This document shows, piece after piece, positions 1-17,241 of a stretch of DNA of 64,000 nucleotides. Source of the DNA: the human T2T-CHM13v2.0 reference genome, Homo sapiens; the NCBI RefSeq assembly GCF_009914755.1, contig NC_060929.1; one strand, written 5' to 3'. Below the pieces are notes generated by a model, which was not told the DNA's origin, searched no databases, and was given only the letters and a program-made list of their open reading frames with translations. A program made the translations under genes and the position numbers. Each line of letters starts with the position of its first letter. Within the stretch, counting starts at the first letter, position 1.

Positions 1-2997
1 CTTGTGAACCCAAATTAATTTTAAAATTGTAGAAATATGCACGCAAGAATTCTTTTAGCAGGGAGATTTCCAGGTTCCCTTTGGGTAGTTTGGTCTTATC
101 TTTACTTCTCTGAATGAAGCAAGATAAGGAGGCAGCAACTCAGTCACCAAATTCTGTTAATTTTCTCTTGGCCCAGTCTCCCTCTATAGTATGGGGTTAT
201 CATTTCACTTATCACATTATTACAAGCTAGAAATCTTATGTCATTATAAAAGTATCCATTTATTTCCTTTGTTGTCTTATTTCCTGAAGTTGTCAGGGCC
301 CTAACTCTAGCTCTCTAGCCACACCCTAAGTGACGAACTCTGGTCCTGAGTTCCCCATCACCACCCAGACTGATGTCAGATGGGGCCAGGTTCTTCTCAG
401 TTTTCAACACATGCGACCCCACCCAAAGTCACTGGATCCACGCTTTATTAGAGAGGGATGAGTCAGATCTCTACTAACCCAGTAGTCTATCTAAGTCTCC
501 ACACAGAACAAGGACTCCCTATCGTCTCCCATACCTGGGTCAAGGGCACTCCCACCTCCTCTCCCAGGCCTGGGGAGAGTGCCTCAGACTCCACTGCAAT
601 GCCCCTGTTGACCAGGACTAGACACTCGAATGATCTTCTGGTGCTTTCCTCTTTCAGAACTCACAAAACAAACTTTGATTTTACAGCCTCACTCTCTAGG
701 TGTCTTCACATCCTGGCACCAGTTCCCAACTATATCAAAGCTGCCTTCTCACACACACACCAACACCATCCCCACACAAGAGCTCCCAGCCACCTCCTCA
801 GATGCTTAGCTCGAAGGCCCTCTTCCCCCTATTTGAATAGGAACAAATCACTATGGATGATTCTCTCTCTCTCCCAAGGTGATTACTCCAAACTCCAGAG
901 CTGCTTCAACACCCCCCCAAGTGCTCTCTGGTCTAGGAACCTCATGCCATTCATCCTCCCAGTGGAATTTACTATGTTCTAGTGTGGAATTCTGTGAGGA
1001 TCAGCTCCACCTCATTTCCTATCCCCCTGACTTTCTGGGCGTCTAGTGACTGTGTCCACTGACTCTGTGCCTCCCACTCCATCTTTAGGTCCTTCCTACA
1101 CAGGCACAGGGTGTTCCACTGCTGCCATTCTCTGAAGAGGCCAGTGCCTCAGAAAGAAAGGTCACTTTCCCCAGCCCCAATCCCACCTGTTTTTGGCTTC
1201 TTTCTCCTGCTGCCAATTGGCAGTTCCAATATGTCTTGTCCATATCCCAGCCCTGAACTCAGTCATGACGGTAGGGACCTTCACTTTGACTCTTTCTTGT
1301 TGGAGCCAGCCATGAACCCATCTTCAAACTCCCAATACTTATGATTGGAAACCCCCTGGCCAGTTGTTGCCTGGATTGTAACTGGGGCTACTGTATCTCT
1401 TAATAATGACTCCCATTTGGCTCTTCCACTGGCATTATTCTCTGCACCTAGGTTAGTTCTTCAAAGCCTGTCCCATTGTAGTGGGTAGGTCTCATGCCAA
1501 GTCTTGGCCTCTCTTCCTGCCACATGTGGCCATACATACAATCAAATCTTGAGTTACAACTGCTAGTCAGAGGGGATAAGCCCCTTAGTGTATGTTCTGT
1601 GAGTTCAGTGCTATTGTGGAGCATGCCTGAGGACCCATCTGAAGACTTTCATTAGTGGTAGGTCTGTGCTACCTAAGGTTCTCCCCATGAGAAGCATAGA
1701 TCAGATCCTCAGAAGCAGGCTGGCAGATGTGTCCTTGACACTGAGTACTGCTGTATGTTTATCCTCTTTAAGCTCAGTACAGTCAATCAGTTTTCCATGA
1801 TTTATTTTATTTTGGCTAAGTCAGTTTACTGTTATTTATTTTAACTAATAAGTAAGTGTTTTCCCATGTGCTTCAGACAAGCTTCAATTCCTTAGTCAGA
1901 GGCACCCAGTCCAAGGATACCTAAAACAGCCCTCACCTTCCAAGTCCTTATTGAAAGTAACCCTCTGATTAGCCATTTGTGGAGGGCAGGCATATTTCTT
2001 TCATCTATTCATTCAGTCAGTCGCTTATTCTTTCAACACGTATTTATTGCTGACTGTGTGCATTGCGCAGTGCTGAGTGAGCCTGGAAATACAGCATGCA
2101 TGAGCAAGATTGTGTCATCTATGCCCTCCTAGAAAATCCAAAGAACCTCCTCTGGGCTGGGGTGTGGTGGAGAGGAAGGCTTTCTAGAGGCAGTAATGAT
2201 TGAGCAAATGCCTGAAGAATAGGTAGGTGTTTTCGCAGGTGAAAGTTGCAGGCAGAGAGAAATGCTTACAAGCATTAATTCTAGATAAGAAGAGAAAGGT
2301 TGGCTGCTGAAGAACTAAAAGAAATCTCACATGGCTTTAAAATAACCCACAACAGGGGATCAGTGAAAAATGGAGAGTTTTGAAGGAGGCAGACTGGGGA
2401 GAATCTTAGGAAGTCATGTGAAATAATTTGAACTTGATGCTATGGCCATAAAACTTCCTTCAGGTGGAACCCAAACCTGGGCACAGGGGGCAAGGCTGGG
2501 CCCAGCTTCTGCTAACCTGGAGGGCGCCAAGTCAAAGTCAGCATCTGGTTGTCCTGAGAACAAGCTGGACATGATGTGGAAAACTGTCCAGCTAAGTCCC
2601 TCACTCCTCAGGCAAAGGGACCCCAGAATCTCACAGTGTCCCTTACCTGGATCTCTACCTGGATCTCACGGTATGCCTTCTGGATCACTGAGTAAAAGAA
2701 GTAATTTGCTCATGTTCCACCTCCACCTTAAAAACAAAAACAACAAAACAAAAAACAGAACACTCCTAAATTCTAATTCAGTGCGTCTATTCAGTAGGTT
2801 CTGGGGCTAGAATCCCTTATTTTCCCTGCCCAGAAGAGTCCTGCCTATTAGGGCTCTACTTTATCCAACTTAAGAATAAACAATAATGCCTACAGTTGTT
2901 TGTTTTGATAAAATCACCAGCTTGGGTCCCTCAGTTACAATCGCATACAGGCCCCACTCATGGTTCCTGGGGTAACATAAAGTTGCTATGCCCTGAA

Positions 2998-3270
2998 TGA
3001 GAGGCCAAGGTGGGCAGATTCCTTGAGCTCAGGAGTTCAAGACCAGCTTGGACAACATGACGAGACCCCGTCTCTACAAAAAATACAAAATTAGCTGGGC
3101 GTGGTGGTGTGCACCTGTAGTCCCAGCAACTTGAGAGGCTGAGGTGGGAGCCTGGGAGGTGGAGGTTGCAGTGGCCCGTGACCACACCACTGCAGTCCAG
3201 CCTGTGTGATACAGCCAGACCCTGTTTAAAAAAAAAAAAAAAAAAAGGAAGAAAAGAAAAGAAAAGAAAA
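2998..3270 (+). mobile_element. 5'-truncated AluJ-like SINE with A-rich tail
   Basis: gaggccaaggtgggcagattccttgagctcaggagttcaagacc... to poly(A) at ~3227-3246. Confidence 0.9.
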
Positions 3271-4564
3271 TGTCAGTTGTGTTGGAAAAGAAAATGTTTT
3301 GAGCAGTACCCTAGTTCTGTGGCTAGAGAGAGGAGAAAGAGCAATGTAATTTCCAGAAACCTTTTCTGGAGGACTAGATTAATGGAAGTGTGGATTCACC
3401 CAAGCTGTTGTTGGCTCTTAAGTTGGTTTTGTTTTGTTATCATTGTTATTGTTGTTCTTGGAGTAGCTTATAAGGTTTGAAGGATTTAGGGGAGAAGTCA
3501 AAGGCCTTGCTTCGGTGAAAAATTATGTGACCCTTACCTTCATCTGAGAATATTAGGCTGAGAGCTACAGTCTCCCCAGTTGATCCTTTGCTCTGTCTAC
3601 AACCTGTTCATCTCTATTTATGTCTTGGGAGGCAAAATGGTGAAAACTGTGCTTTTTACATCTTCCACAGGCTGACAGCAATCTCACACTCAACCTTGTA
3701 CCTATCATCAGCAGGACACTGACAGTGATGATAATGATGCTAAACAACCACCAATATTGACATTATTTTTAAGAACCCATTGTTTTCCAGGTCCTATACC
3801 TTATTTTACATTCCTAGCTACTGTAAGAAATATGTATTTTTAAACTGTTTGTAGAGGAAAACTGCTAGGATATACATGCAAGGTTTCTGTTGGCCCGTTT
3901 CAAAGAAAAATGTGTACACGTGGACTCAGGGTGGGGGTGGGCCCTGCCAATTTCCCAGCCTCTGTAGCTCCCTTGTTATAACTGGATGCCACATATTGCC
4001 CTGCCTACTTCCTCCACTCCCCATAGCTGCCATTGTGCCCTTTACTTCCTCTCTTAGGATCCTTGTGATGCTTTATCTATTTCCTTTATACAACTGGAAG
4101 GCCCAGGAGGGCAGGGGCCATGTTTGGATGTTCAATTCTGAGTCACCATAATTCAGCAGAGTGTGTGGCACACAGGTTGTCCTCAGTGAATATTTGCATA
4201 GTGAAAATGAATGAGTGGATGTGGAGACTCAGTCCACCTCTGTTCAGGCACAAGCTGGACTTTGAATAGGAAGATTCAGCCTTTCCCCTAGTTTCCAGGC
4301 CAAACTAGATACAGGGAGACAGGTTCAAATGTCTTTAGCGCACTCATCAGGCCAGCACCTCTAGAACAGCAGGACCCCCAACCTCGAGGAAGGAATGTAT
4401 GAGCTGAGATCTGAATGTGGAATACCTTGTGCAAAGACCTAAAGAAGAAAGGGGCATGGCAATTCAGAGCTAGCAATGACAGCTCTTGTGCTGACCATGG
4501 GTTTCCAAATTGTTTCTTAGTTTCCTTTGTTGCTAATTAGTATTATAGTTTGCTGCTAATAATA

Positions 4565-4795
4565 GCAGTGAGCATTTATTTAGTGTTTCTGTGTGAAAGA
4601 GGCTGTGCAAAAAAGGTTTAGCATTGCTACGTTAATTTTTATAACAGACATTGTAAGTACTTCTATACAGATGGAGAAACCAAGGGTTAGAGAAGTTGAG
4701 TAACTTAAACAAATTCACATGGCTAGTAAATGGCAGGGTGGAATTTGTCTGACTTTAGACAGTCTGGGCCAGAATGTAGGTACTACGTTGCCTCC
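4565..4795. mobile_element. MIR SINE
   Basis: MIR core-like tacagatggagaaaccaagggttagagaagttgagtaactt...ggctagtaaatggcag. Confidence 0.7.
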
Positions 4796-6752
4796 CCAGT
4801 ATATTTCCTCAGTAATGGGTCTACTGTCTCCAATTTGCCATTCTCCATACCCCCTCAGTCCCTAGGTCCTGGGGCTGAGCTGCTGTGTATAGTTGTCTCC
4901 CTGAAGGACTCCCATCTATTTGGGACCTGGCCTGCAGCTTATAGCTTGCAGGACCACATCCCCATCACTGGAGAAACACCAGCAAGAATGGGCCCCACCA
5001 CCTTGGTCTTGTTTTCTATCCTGAGCAGTTTCCTCTAACTTGCTTCCAACCTGCTTTCTTCTCCCATTCCTGACTGCTGGACACCTAATCCCTAGATTCA
5101 CTGCCCATTTGTAGACTTATTTGCCCTTCAGATCTGATATGTGACCAGATTCCACTGGATCATTTGTGGATGGCTCATGTTGATTATGGTTTGCACTTAC
5201 CCCTTTTGTTTTGCTGTTTCCAGTTTCTTTGAGTAAACACTTCATCTGGGAAATCCCATCCTCTGAACCCTGCCCGCTATGATAGGCTCCATGAGGATGT
5301 CCATGCCAAAATCAACATAACTGAAGGAGAGATGGAACCATGGCATGGTCTGAACCCCTAGATCCCGCCATGTCAGAGGTCAAATATCCCCTGGCCAGTG
5401 CCACTGTGTTGCTTGCCTCCAGAATCACTGAACAGTGCTCCCTGGAGTTAGGCAACATGCTAACCCTGTCCTAGCCTCTCGGATATATGAACAAACACAT
5501 CCGTCTTCCAACGCTTTTTGTTTTTTGTTTAGGCCAATTTGAGTTGGATTTCATTCATTGCTATCAAAAGATTTCTGACAAATAGTAAACAAACATAACA
5601 TATACAAAGTGAGGTCAGCACTAGGAAGAAGAAACACATATGCTTTTAAGGGTGTGCAACAGAAGCCATGACCTATTCTAAGGGGTCAACATGGGCTGCT
5701 TTGAGAAAGTGTTACTTGATGTGAAAGCCAGAGGAGGAGCAGTTAATTAGGAAGTGAGTAGAGCAAGGAGGAGGAGTCCAGGTAGAAGTAAACACTGTTT
5801 CCTAAGGACATGTCTTGAAGTGAGAAAAAACTCAGTGCACTGTGAAAGCAAATAGAAAGCCAACACGTGTGGAGTATTGTGAATAAGAGGGAGATGTGGA
5901 CCCCCCAAGCTAGAGGCAGGTAGGAACCAGACCATGCAGTCCACAGAACTCTGTAATCATGGAGTATCCAGACTAGTGATGAATGCAAAGTGTTTTTCAC
6001 TTGGCAGAGAAATAACTTGGTGGTGAATGTAGGAGTGGTGGTGCCAGGTGACAGAGTTTTTCAGATGGTCCCATTAACCCTTCCAGACTGAGGCATTAGC
6101 CTCCTAACAGGCCTTCCTACAACTGCTCTTGCCTCCTTAACCAAATTTCCCCCAGCTACTCAGAGAGAAAGGCACATATGTCATGAGGCTCCTTTAGATT
6201 CAGCAGCTTCTCCCTGCTCTTAGGGAAAAGTTTACAAATATTCATGTGGTTTCCAAAGCCCGCCAGGCTCTGGCCTGCACCTGCCCCACATCCTTGATTC
6301 GTACCTCTCTCCTCCCTGACAACTCCTCGCTGCCTTATTGGTATTGCTTTCTGCCTGCATGTCAGACTCTTGCTGGTTCCTCGGCTTCAGGCCCCACACA
6401 CACTCTTTTCCTGGCCGATGCCTACCTTGCCACGCTACCACTAGGCCTCCACTTAAATGCCCCTCATACTTGCCCTAACCCTAAGGACTAAGTTGGGTCC
6501 TAGTTTATTCTCATAGTCCTCAGTCTCCTCACTGTTTTCATGCCTCATTCACTATCTGTGAATCTGTGAGCTCTGTGGGTCCTTTCCTGTCTCTCAGGGC
6601 CAGGCAGTAGTAATGCCAGGAACCTAGCAATAACTGTCACATTTCTTTTGTTATTCTGTGCGCTCTGGGAGGTGGGGGTGGGGGAGCGGTGAGAGGAAGT
6701 TAAAGGAAGAAAGGTTTACAACAGTTTGTATGTACTGTTCATGGAGACTGAT

Positions 6753-6754
<2 letters not shown>

Positions 6755-6783
<29 letters not shown>
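6755..6783 (+). repeat. (GTTTT)n microsatellite
   Basis: ttttgttttgttttgttttgttttgtt. Confidence 0.9.
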
Positions 6784-6974
6784 ATTGTCAGGAAGTATGT
6801 GCATGAACAAAGAATTTTGAGAATGAATTCTTCTGAAGAGAAGGATATAGGTCATTTCTGGACCTTTCAATGTTAAACGCTGTGTTTTCCTTGCCTCCAG
6901 GCCCTAACTGTGTCCCTGCCATGTTTCTGTCATGTTCTTAAGGCCACTGAGTTTAGGTAGTTAACACATCATGC

Positions 6975-7370
6975 CAGGTGATAAGAGCACAGGCTTTAGA
7001 AGCAGATAATTCAGTTCAACACACATGTATTGCCTGCAGCAGGTTCAGAATAAGACAGAGTCCCACCCCTCATGACCTCACAGTCTGGTGTGGATGACAG
7101 ACACATAAACAGGCAATTTCAATATACTGGGTAAACAATGAAAAAAGTGTGCAGAATGCTACAGAGGCAACCACCACTTCCTAATTGTGTGTCCTTGGGC
7201 AAATAATTACCTTTCTCAGAGCCCCAGTTTCCTCAACTTTCAAATAGGGCCAAAAGTTCCTACAGCCAAAGGATTTTTTTTTGCGAACAGAATGAGATAA
7301 CATTTGTAAAGCAAATAACACAGTGTTTTACACACAGGAGGCACGTGATAAATGGTATCCATTAGATTAT
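6975..7370. mobile_element. MIR interrupted by an L2-like fragment
   Basis: aagagcacaggctttaga ... gtgtccttgggcaaataattacc...cagtttcctca; the middle segment resembles an L2 3' end. Confidence 0.55.
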
Positions 7371-7894
7371 CTAATAAGGTCAGAATCTGGAGTACTTATT
7401 CTATTTGTACTGACTAAATTTGTGTGATTCTCTCACCAAAAACTGAATTTTCACATAACCCTATGCACTGTAGTAATTGTAACAACAGTCCATATGATCC
7501 TTGCCCTTGTTCATAGGAGAGACTGGACAAGAAATGATGACTATGTTAGCAGAAATCCACGAGTACTACTCGTATAATGCTTCAGAGAACATTCTGTGCT
7601 GACAGCATGCCAGGGCCATTGTTTTAATATACAAAGAACAAAATGTCCACATTATCACTGTAACTTCTTCTATCATCTTCTTCTCACTTCTGTTCACTAG
7701 TCCATTTTTTATTCTATTGCTACCCTTATCTCTGGCTGGTTGTTCCAACAATATTAACCCCTCTATTCAGAAATCAAAGATTCCCTCTGAATCAAAATCA
7801 GACACCTAACTATGTTCTAGGCTTCAAGTACCAGGTCGTCTTTACCTTTGCCCCCGTGTCTGCCATAATTCATTAAAGATTTTCTCTCTCTCTC

Positions 7895-8100
7895 TCTTTT
7901 AATTGATATATAAATAGCTGTACAAAATTTGGGGGGTACATATGATATTTTGATATATCTATAAAATGTGTAATGATTAAATCAGGGTAATTGGGATATT
8001 CATCACCACAAACATTCATCATTTATTTGTATTGAGAATATTATAGTTCTTTTCTTCTAGCTATTTTGATAAATGCAATAAATTATTGTTAACTGTAGTC
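7895..8100 (-). mobile_element. L1MA-type 3' end fragment
   Basis: ttttaattgatatataa...ggggtacatatgatattttgata...aatcagggtaattgggatattcatcacc. Confidence 0.8.
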
Positions 8101-8734
8101 TTTTCTTTCTCTCTTTGGTCATGTCAGCCTTCTTATGACTTTGTCCAAGATAGCTTTACATAGAAGCGGTATCCAAGTGTGCATGATTTAAATGCCACTC
8201 CCAAAATTCCTCCAAAGAGTCTTCCATGTGCTGGACATTTTACCTAGATTAAGTCTTAGGGATCCCTTTCATATTAAGATCCATTTTATATTAAGAAATT
8301 GACTACCAAAGTGATATCTGGTTGGCTTTTTCTTATTGATGACACTTAACTATTCTTAGAGAAAACTTAGCTTGAAAAAAATGCCAATAGACTTTGTTTA
8401 AAAAAATTTATTGTGACCTTTTTTCTCAGTTCTTTGATTTCCTCATGCTTAATTATTGAGATCATCATCTATGAGATCACCATTACCAATGGAGGCCCCA
8501 TAGTTTTAGAAGTCAACACTTATGAGATCACTGCTAGAGAATAACTAACAGACTTATTCATAATGTGGCATCTGGTGGTTGACACTGTCATTCTTAAAAA
8601 TTGCAGTGTCATTTCATTAGCTTTATAAACATTTGAGTTATACCATACTTGTCACTATATCATGTGTTCCTATGTATCTGCCATAAATTCTTTAAGATAT
8701 ATGAAACATGGGCTACACAAAAAATAGAATCATT

Positions 8735-9870
8735 GCTATGGTAGGCAGAATTCTAAGAATGACCCCCAGTAACCCTCTCCAGAAGGCAAAACCAAGATCC
8801 TGGGTGGGGAAAGCCAAGAGCCTAGAGAATGAAGTAGAGAGTCAGGGATAATTATTCCCAAGCTTTGAAATCCAATGGAGTTGGTACAGCTACATGCCAA
8901 AACTTCTTTGGACTGATAAGTTATTTGTACCTTCTTTTTTGAATTGGAATGCCTGTAACTGTCATCTTATGCCTGTCCCACTATTGTACGTTGATAGTGT
9001 GGGACAGGTAACTTGTCTCTTTAGTTTCACAGTCCATGAATAATGAGGAATTGTGCCCAGAATTAATTATACACAGGAGCCACATCAACACCTGGTTTAG
9101 ATGATGATATTTTGGACTTTTGAGCTGATCATGTTTAGATGAGATTTTTGGACTTTGAACTGATGATATAGAGAGAAAAGACCCATGGGAACCTTTGAGG
9201 GGCATGTGTTTTGCATGTGTCACAGGTGGATCATTGGGGGTAAGGGGGTGGAGAGTAGCAGTCAGAATTCTGCCCCAATGACTCTCAACCTTGTACAATT
9301 GTCTTGCTTTTGAGTGTGGCAGGAACCTGTAAATATGAAATATCAGCCCAATGAGTATGTTATGTTATATGTCAAAAGGGGAATAATCCAACTAGACTCA
9401 CAAAATTTAATTGCATGAGCCTTTTAAAAACAAAGAGTTTTCCCTGGCCTGTGGCAGCAGAGGGATAAATAAAGTTAGAGGGATTCAAACTCAAGAGAGA
9501 TTCTCTTACTGGACTCAAAGTCTTCTGTTACTGTCATGTTGCAAGAGGGCCTGTGAGAAGGAATGGCCTCCAGGCATAGAGAGTAATCCCCAGCTGAAGG
9601 CAAGGAAACAGGGACCTCAGTCCTACAATCACAAGAAACTGAATTATGCCAACAGCTTGAATGAGCTTTGAAGCTGATTGATTACTCCCTAGTTGAGCCG
9701 ACAGTGGAGAATATAACCCACTAACACTTGATTTTAGCCTCTGAGACTCTGAGCAGGGAGCCCAGTTCTGCTATGCCAGATGTTGACAGAACTGTGAGCT
9801 AATAAATGGCTGTCATTTTAAGCCACTAAGTTTGTAATAATTTATTATAAAGCAAGAGAAAACTGATACA
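8735..9870 (+). mobile_element. MLT1 (ERVL-MaLR): LTR 5' stub, internal fragment and 3' LTR
   Basis: tatggtaggcagaattctaag start; MaLR-internal-like ttttggactttgaactgatg; LTR end aagccactaagtttgtaataattt...aaactgataca. Confidence 0.75.
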
Positions 9871-10351
9871 ATTCCTAAATATTTATAGACTATTTCAATG
9901 TATGTCCCATGTAAGTGGAAGTCAATTACTATTCAAATCATCAGTTGCTCATTGTCTTATTAGTTATGATGAATCAACCACTAACAATTCACATATCTCA
10001 GCTTTAAAACGCAATCAAATCAAACACTTGTATTTTCCTTGAACCCCCAACAGAGATTCTACTTCATTATATTAATCACGGCAATGCAACGGAAACAAAT
10101 TAGAGTTGTATAGGCAATAAATTTCCTGAGGAACTTAGATGATGACAGAACAAGACAGGACAAGAATGGTTGGTGCAGGTAGAAGAGGGGTTGGCAGGCA
10201 CTGCAAGTCATGTGGGTAGGGCAGGCAGGCTGTAGGCAAGCCCAAGAGAAGATGCAGCCTAAGAAGACTAGCATCCAGGACTCAGGATCTAGATAAGAGG
10301 TCCAGGAATCAGACTTAGGGCACCAGCAACAGGAAGGGACTTGAAGCCAGG

Positions 10352-10711
10352 TGTATTAGTCTGTTTTCATGCTGCTGATAAAGATATAGCCGAGACTGGG
10401 TAATTTATAAAGAACGTAGTTTAATGGACTCACAGTTCCATGTGACTGGGGAGGTCTCACAGTGATGGCAGAAGACAAAAGTCACATCTTACATGGTGGC
10501 AGACAAGAGAGAAAGAGAACCAAGTGAAAGGTAGTTCCTGTTATAAAACCATCAGATCTCTTGAGATTTATTCACTACCATGAGAACAGTATGGGGGGAA
10601 CCACCCCCATGATTCAATTATCTCCCACCGGGTCCCTCCCACAACACATGGGAGTTATGGGAGCTACAGTTCAAGATGAGATTTGGGTAGGGACACCACC
10701 AAACCCTATCA
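10352..10711 (-). mobile_element. THE1 solo LTR
   Basis: tgtattagtctgttttcatgctgctgataaaga...ccaaaccctatca; 5-bp TSD ccagg/tcagg. Confidence 0.92.
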
Positions 10712-10829
10712 TCAGGCCACCTCAAACTGATCTCAGTATGTTGAAAGATTAGTCCTGAAAGGAGGAACATATAACCCACCTTGCAGGGAGTTCAACAGGT
10801 AGTGCTTTAAATAATTCCTTTTCCAATAG

Positions 10830-11010
10830 AGTAATGTTTTCTAAAGTGTGGTTCCTGTATTAGCTGTATCAGCATCACCTAGGAAATAGGAAATTCTCTA
10901 GCCTAACTGAGACTTAAGGAATCAGAAACCCTTAGGGGTGGGGCTCAGCAAGCTGTATCTTAGTACATCCTCTGGGTCATTTTGATATGCAATAAAGTTT
11001 GAGAACCCAG
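10830..11010. mobile_element. MER5A-like hAT-Charlie DNA transposon
   Basis: ttctaaagtgtggttcc...cagcatcaccta...aaagtttgagaacc. Confidence 0.7.
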
Positions 11011-12039
11011 CAAGCATTTTCACCTTTACCTTCTACTGATAAGCATCTTGAGATCCACAGAAACAAGTCATTAGCCTAGATAGAGCTCCCTCTGTTTTCA
11101 CACTAGAGCCTGTCTATCAGGACACATGGAGGGGAGCAACAGCCTCCAAATGTTGCTCATCTTGCTTATCACCCTGGGTATATCATAAAGCACTGAGAGT
11201 TTTGTGCCTAGCTTGGGTCAGTGGTTCCATTTATCATCTAAGTATTACCTTAATTTTTTTTTTTCAGAAATGTCATTTACTAAAATACTTTTATTGTGTC
11301 TCCTTGACTTTTTCCTGTGTAGTTTTATTTTTCAGCTAGTAATCCAGAAACTTATTGCAGCTCTTTTTATCCCTACACTTGTGTCTACATGGTTTATTAT
11401 CAGTTTTCAACTGGCCACGTGGCATTCAAATATTTCTAGAACTGAAACACAACTGAAGTTCATTTATGACTTACTATCTGTACATTAAGATGCTATTACC
11501 ATGATCTTTTAAAATCTTTTTAAAAATATATAAATATGAATAGACACTAAGAGAAACCCAGGACAGTCAAAATATTTTTTTAATTTAATTTACATTTTTT
11601 TCCTTCATGAACAGTCATATTGCAAAAAAATGACATTTTAAAAAAGTAAATATAACTGGGATTTCATTGCCAAAAGTTAATTGTAGAATGACTAAAGTAT
11701 AGGTAGAAATTATCTTTTATTTGTACCATGATGAAGAACGCAACCAGTCTAAGACTATACCTTTTAAGGAAACATGTTTCTGCTCTTTTGTGGTATTCTC
11801 AGTCTAACTTCCTTAAATCATCCAAGGAGAACTATAGAACTTCTCCAGTGAGGACCATTAATAGGAACAACAACATTTTATTTCCTTTATATTAAAGTGC
11901 CATCACCTTATTGACTTTAAATCTGAATTTTGAAATATGGCAATACATATAGAAAAGCAGATGTGCATTTTATATTGTTGTACTTTTCAATGAAAGGAAA
12001 ACAAAAATTACAGTCCTTGACATTCAGAATCTCACCTTA

Positions 12040-12545
12040 CACTAGGCCATATTATTCTCCTATTAGGCATAAACCATCATATAGAATACTGACTGCAGAC
12101 AACATTACTCTAAGACCATGATAAAACGAGACAAAATAAGGACACTTCATAATTTTGTCTATGCACAGAAAAAAAAATACAAAGTCAGCATGCAACCCAC
12201 AAAATATAAGATGTCTCCTCTCTTGGCCAGAATAATTGACTACTACTTATTAACCAATTGCAACTTTATGATCATTCTAACTTCCTCTCCCTATAAATAA
12301 GATTTATTGATATACCCAATATACAATTGCCCCTGCTTTCTTACAGTCTCTAATCTAGAACAATCCCTCACCACTTTAGACCATTCCCCAAATTACTCTA
12401 CCAAAGTCCAACCCTATAATGGGTTCCTTCTCATACCCTTTGCCTGAGGTGCTCCATGGTCTCCTATGGTGTATGTTCTCCCTCTCTGCAACAGGTAATA
12501 AACCCACTTTGTTCAGTTACAGGTGTGCTTTCAGTGGTCAATTGT
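12040..12545 (+). mobile_element. Probable old ERV LTR (family not assigned)
   Basis: LTR-like layout with TATA-like ctataa and ctgcaacaggtaataaacc near the 3' end. Confidence 0.4.
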
Positions 12546-12814
12546 AAGCTATTTTAATTTTTTAAAATTAAAGTTTCTTTCATGTAGATGCCTACAATCC
12601 TTTAATATACATTATAAAACTTGAATAACTTGAGTGGATCTGCAAAGCTAATTAATGATTGATCCAGCAGCTCATCTAGTAGTTCAATGCTCTGTGCTAA
12701 CTACCTAGCTATTACTTGGCATTATGTTTAATCTCTTGAGAAGTCAAACAGCATCAACTATTTGATTTATTTATTACTTATATGCTTAGATTTGGTAAAT
12801 ATAGAAATGGTGAT

Positions 12815-15555
<2,741 letters not shown>

Positions 15556-16872
15556 GTAATGATCAAAAGCTACAAAATAAACACCATGCTTGGAAGACTT
15601 TGACCAAGAATATTAAAATAGCCTCTATTATTAAGCAGCTACTATATGCCAGTATTGTACTTAGTGTTTTACACAATTTAGCTCATCTAAAACTCAGTAC
15701 ATTTGGTTTACCTAGGAGTAATAGAATGTTCAATTAAAAGTGGCTTAAATACTGAATAAATTTAGTGTTTCACATAATTCCATGATGTTATTGGCTCAGT
15801 GATGTCAAAAAGGACTCCTTCACTTACCATTTTTCTGCATCTTATCCTCAGTGTGTTCGTGACATCTTCATTTTAGATTACAAGTTGGCTAGAGTAGTCT
15901 CAGGTTTCACACGACTATATGTAATGAAAGTAGATTTCTAGCATCTCTTTTTATTAGAGAGGAAATGTTTCTCCTGCTGATTTCTCCCTTCGGACCCCAA
16001 TGGCCAGGACTATGTCATGTTGTATTCAGGCCCTAGCTGCAAGAGCAACTGGGATCATGAGGATCTGGAATTTTCAGCCATAGTAATTGGAGGTGAGCTC
16101 CATTGGCAAGGAGTAAGGAGGGCAGGAGGGGTAACTCTTAGGTAGGAAGCCAACAGCATCATGCACAGGGGCTACCGTTATCCTCATTTTACAAAGGAGA
16201 AAACTGAATCTTAGACAGGTTATGTAATTTACCAACAATTACTCAGCTAGAACATGTGGTATTACAATCCAAATGCAGCTCTGTAGAATTCCAATGCCCA
16301 AACTCTTTAAGGACTTAGACTCCAAGTCAGATGGACCCAGGTTTACATCTCAACTCTGCCTCTTTTCATTGATGACTTTGATTTTTTATTTGTAAAAAGA
16401 AATTATTGTATTATCTATTTCGTTGGAATATGGTGATGATTAAATTCATAATGTATAGGTAGATCTAAAGTCCTGGCACTGATATTACTGTTGTCATCAT
16501 CATCTATCAGCAGGAGCAACATTATTACCCGACTCCACTGGATGAAATTTCTAGGTTATCTTTCAGAGTCCAGTTGTTCTTTTCCCATCTTTCATAACAC
16601 CTCGTATATGGAATTTACTTTGTTACTATGTCCATACTCTAACTTGGATTTTGGTTTTCACTCATATAGCTCCTTGAAGGCAGGGACGATGTCTTATTTA
16701 TTTTTATATCTTCAGCCTGTTGTACAATGAATGATGCATAGTATGTGCTCAATAAAATATTTTGCATGAAGCTGTAGGTGAGGGTAGGAATAGCACTATA
16801 GCGCAACAATTGGGAGCTATAAATTCTATTCCCAATATTAGAGGAATCATCACATTCCAGAAAAACATTTGA

Positions 16873-17241
<369 letters not shown>

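Noticed and set aside
458-982. 174-aa ORF, the longest after TICAM2
   Set aside because: No recognisable domain, Ser/Pro/His/Leu composition typical of non-coding DNA, no promoter or splice support. A decayed repeat cannot be excluded.
2644-2667. Micro-duplications (tacctggatctc x2; similar at ~34608, ~49345, ~59790)
   Set aside because: Ordinary slippage events, mostly inside old repeats.
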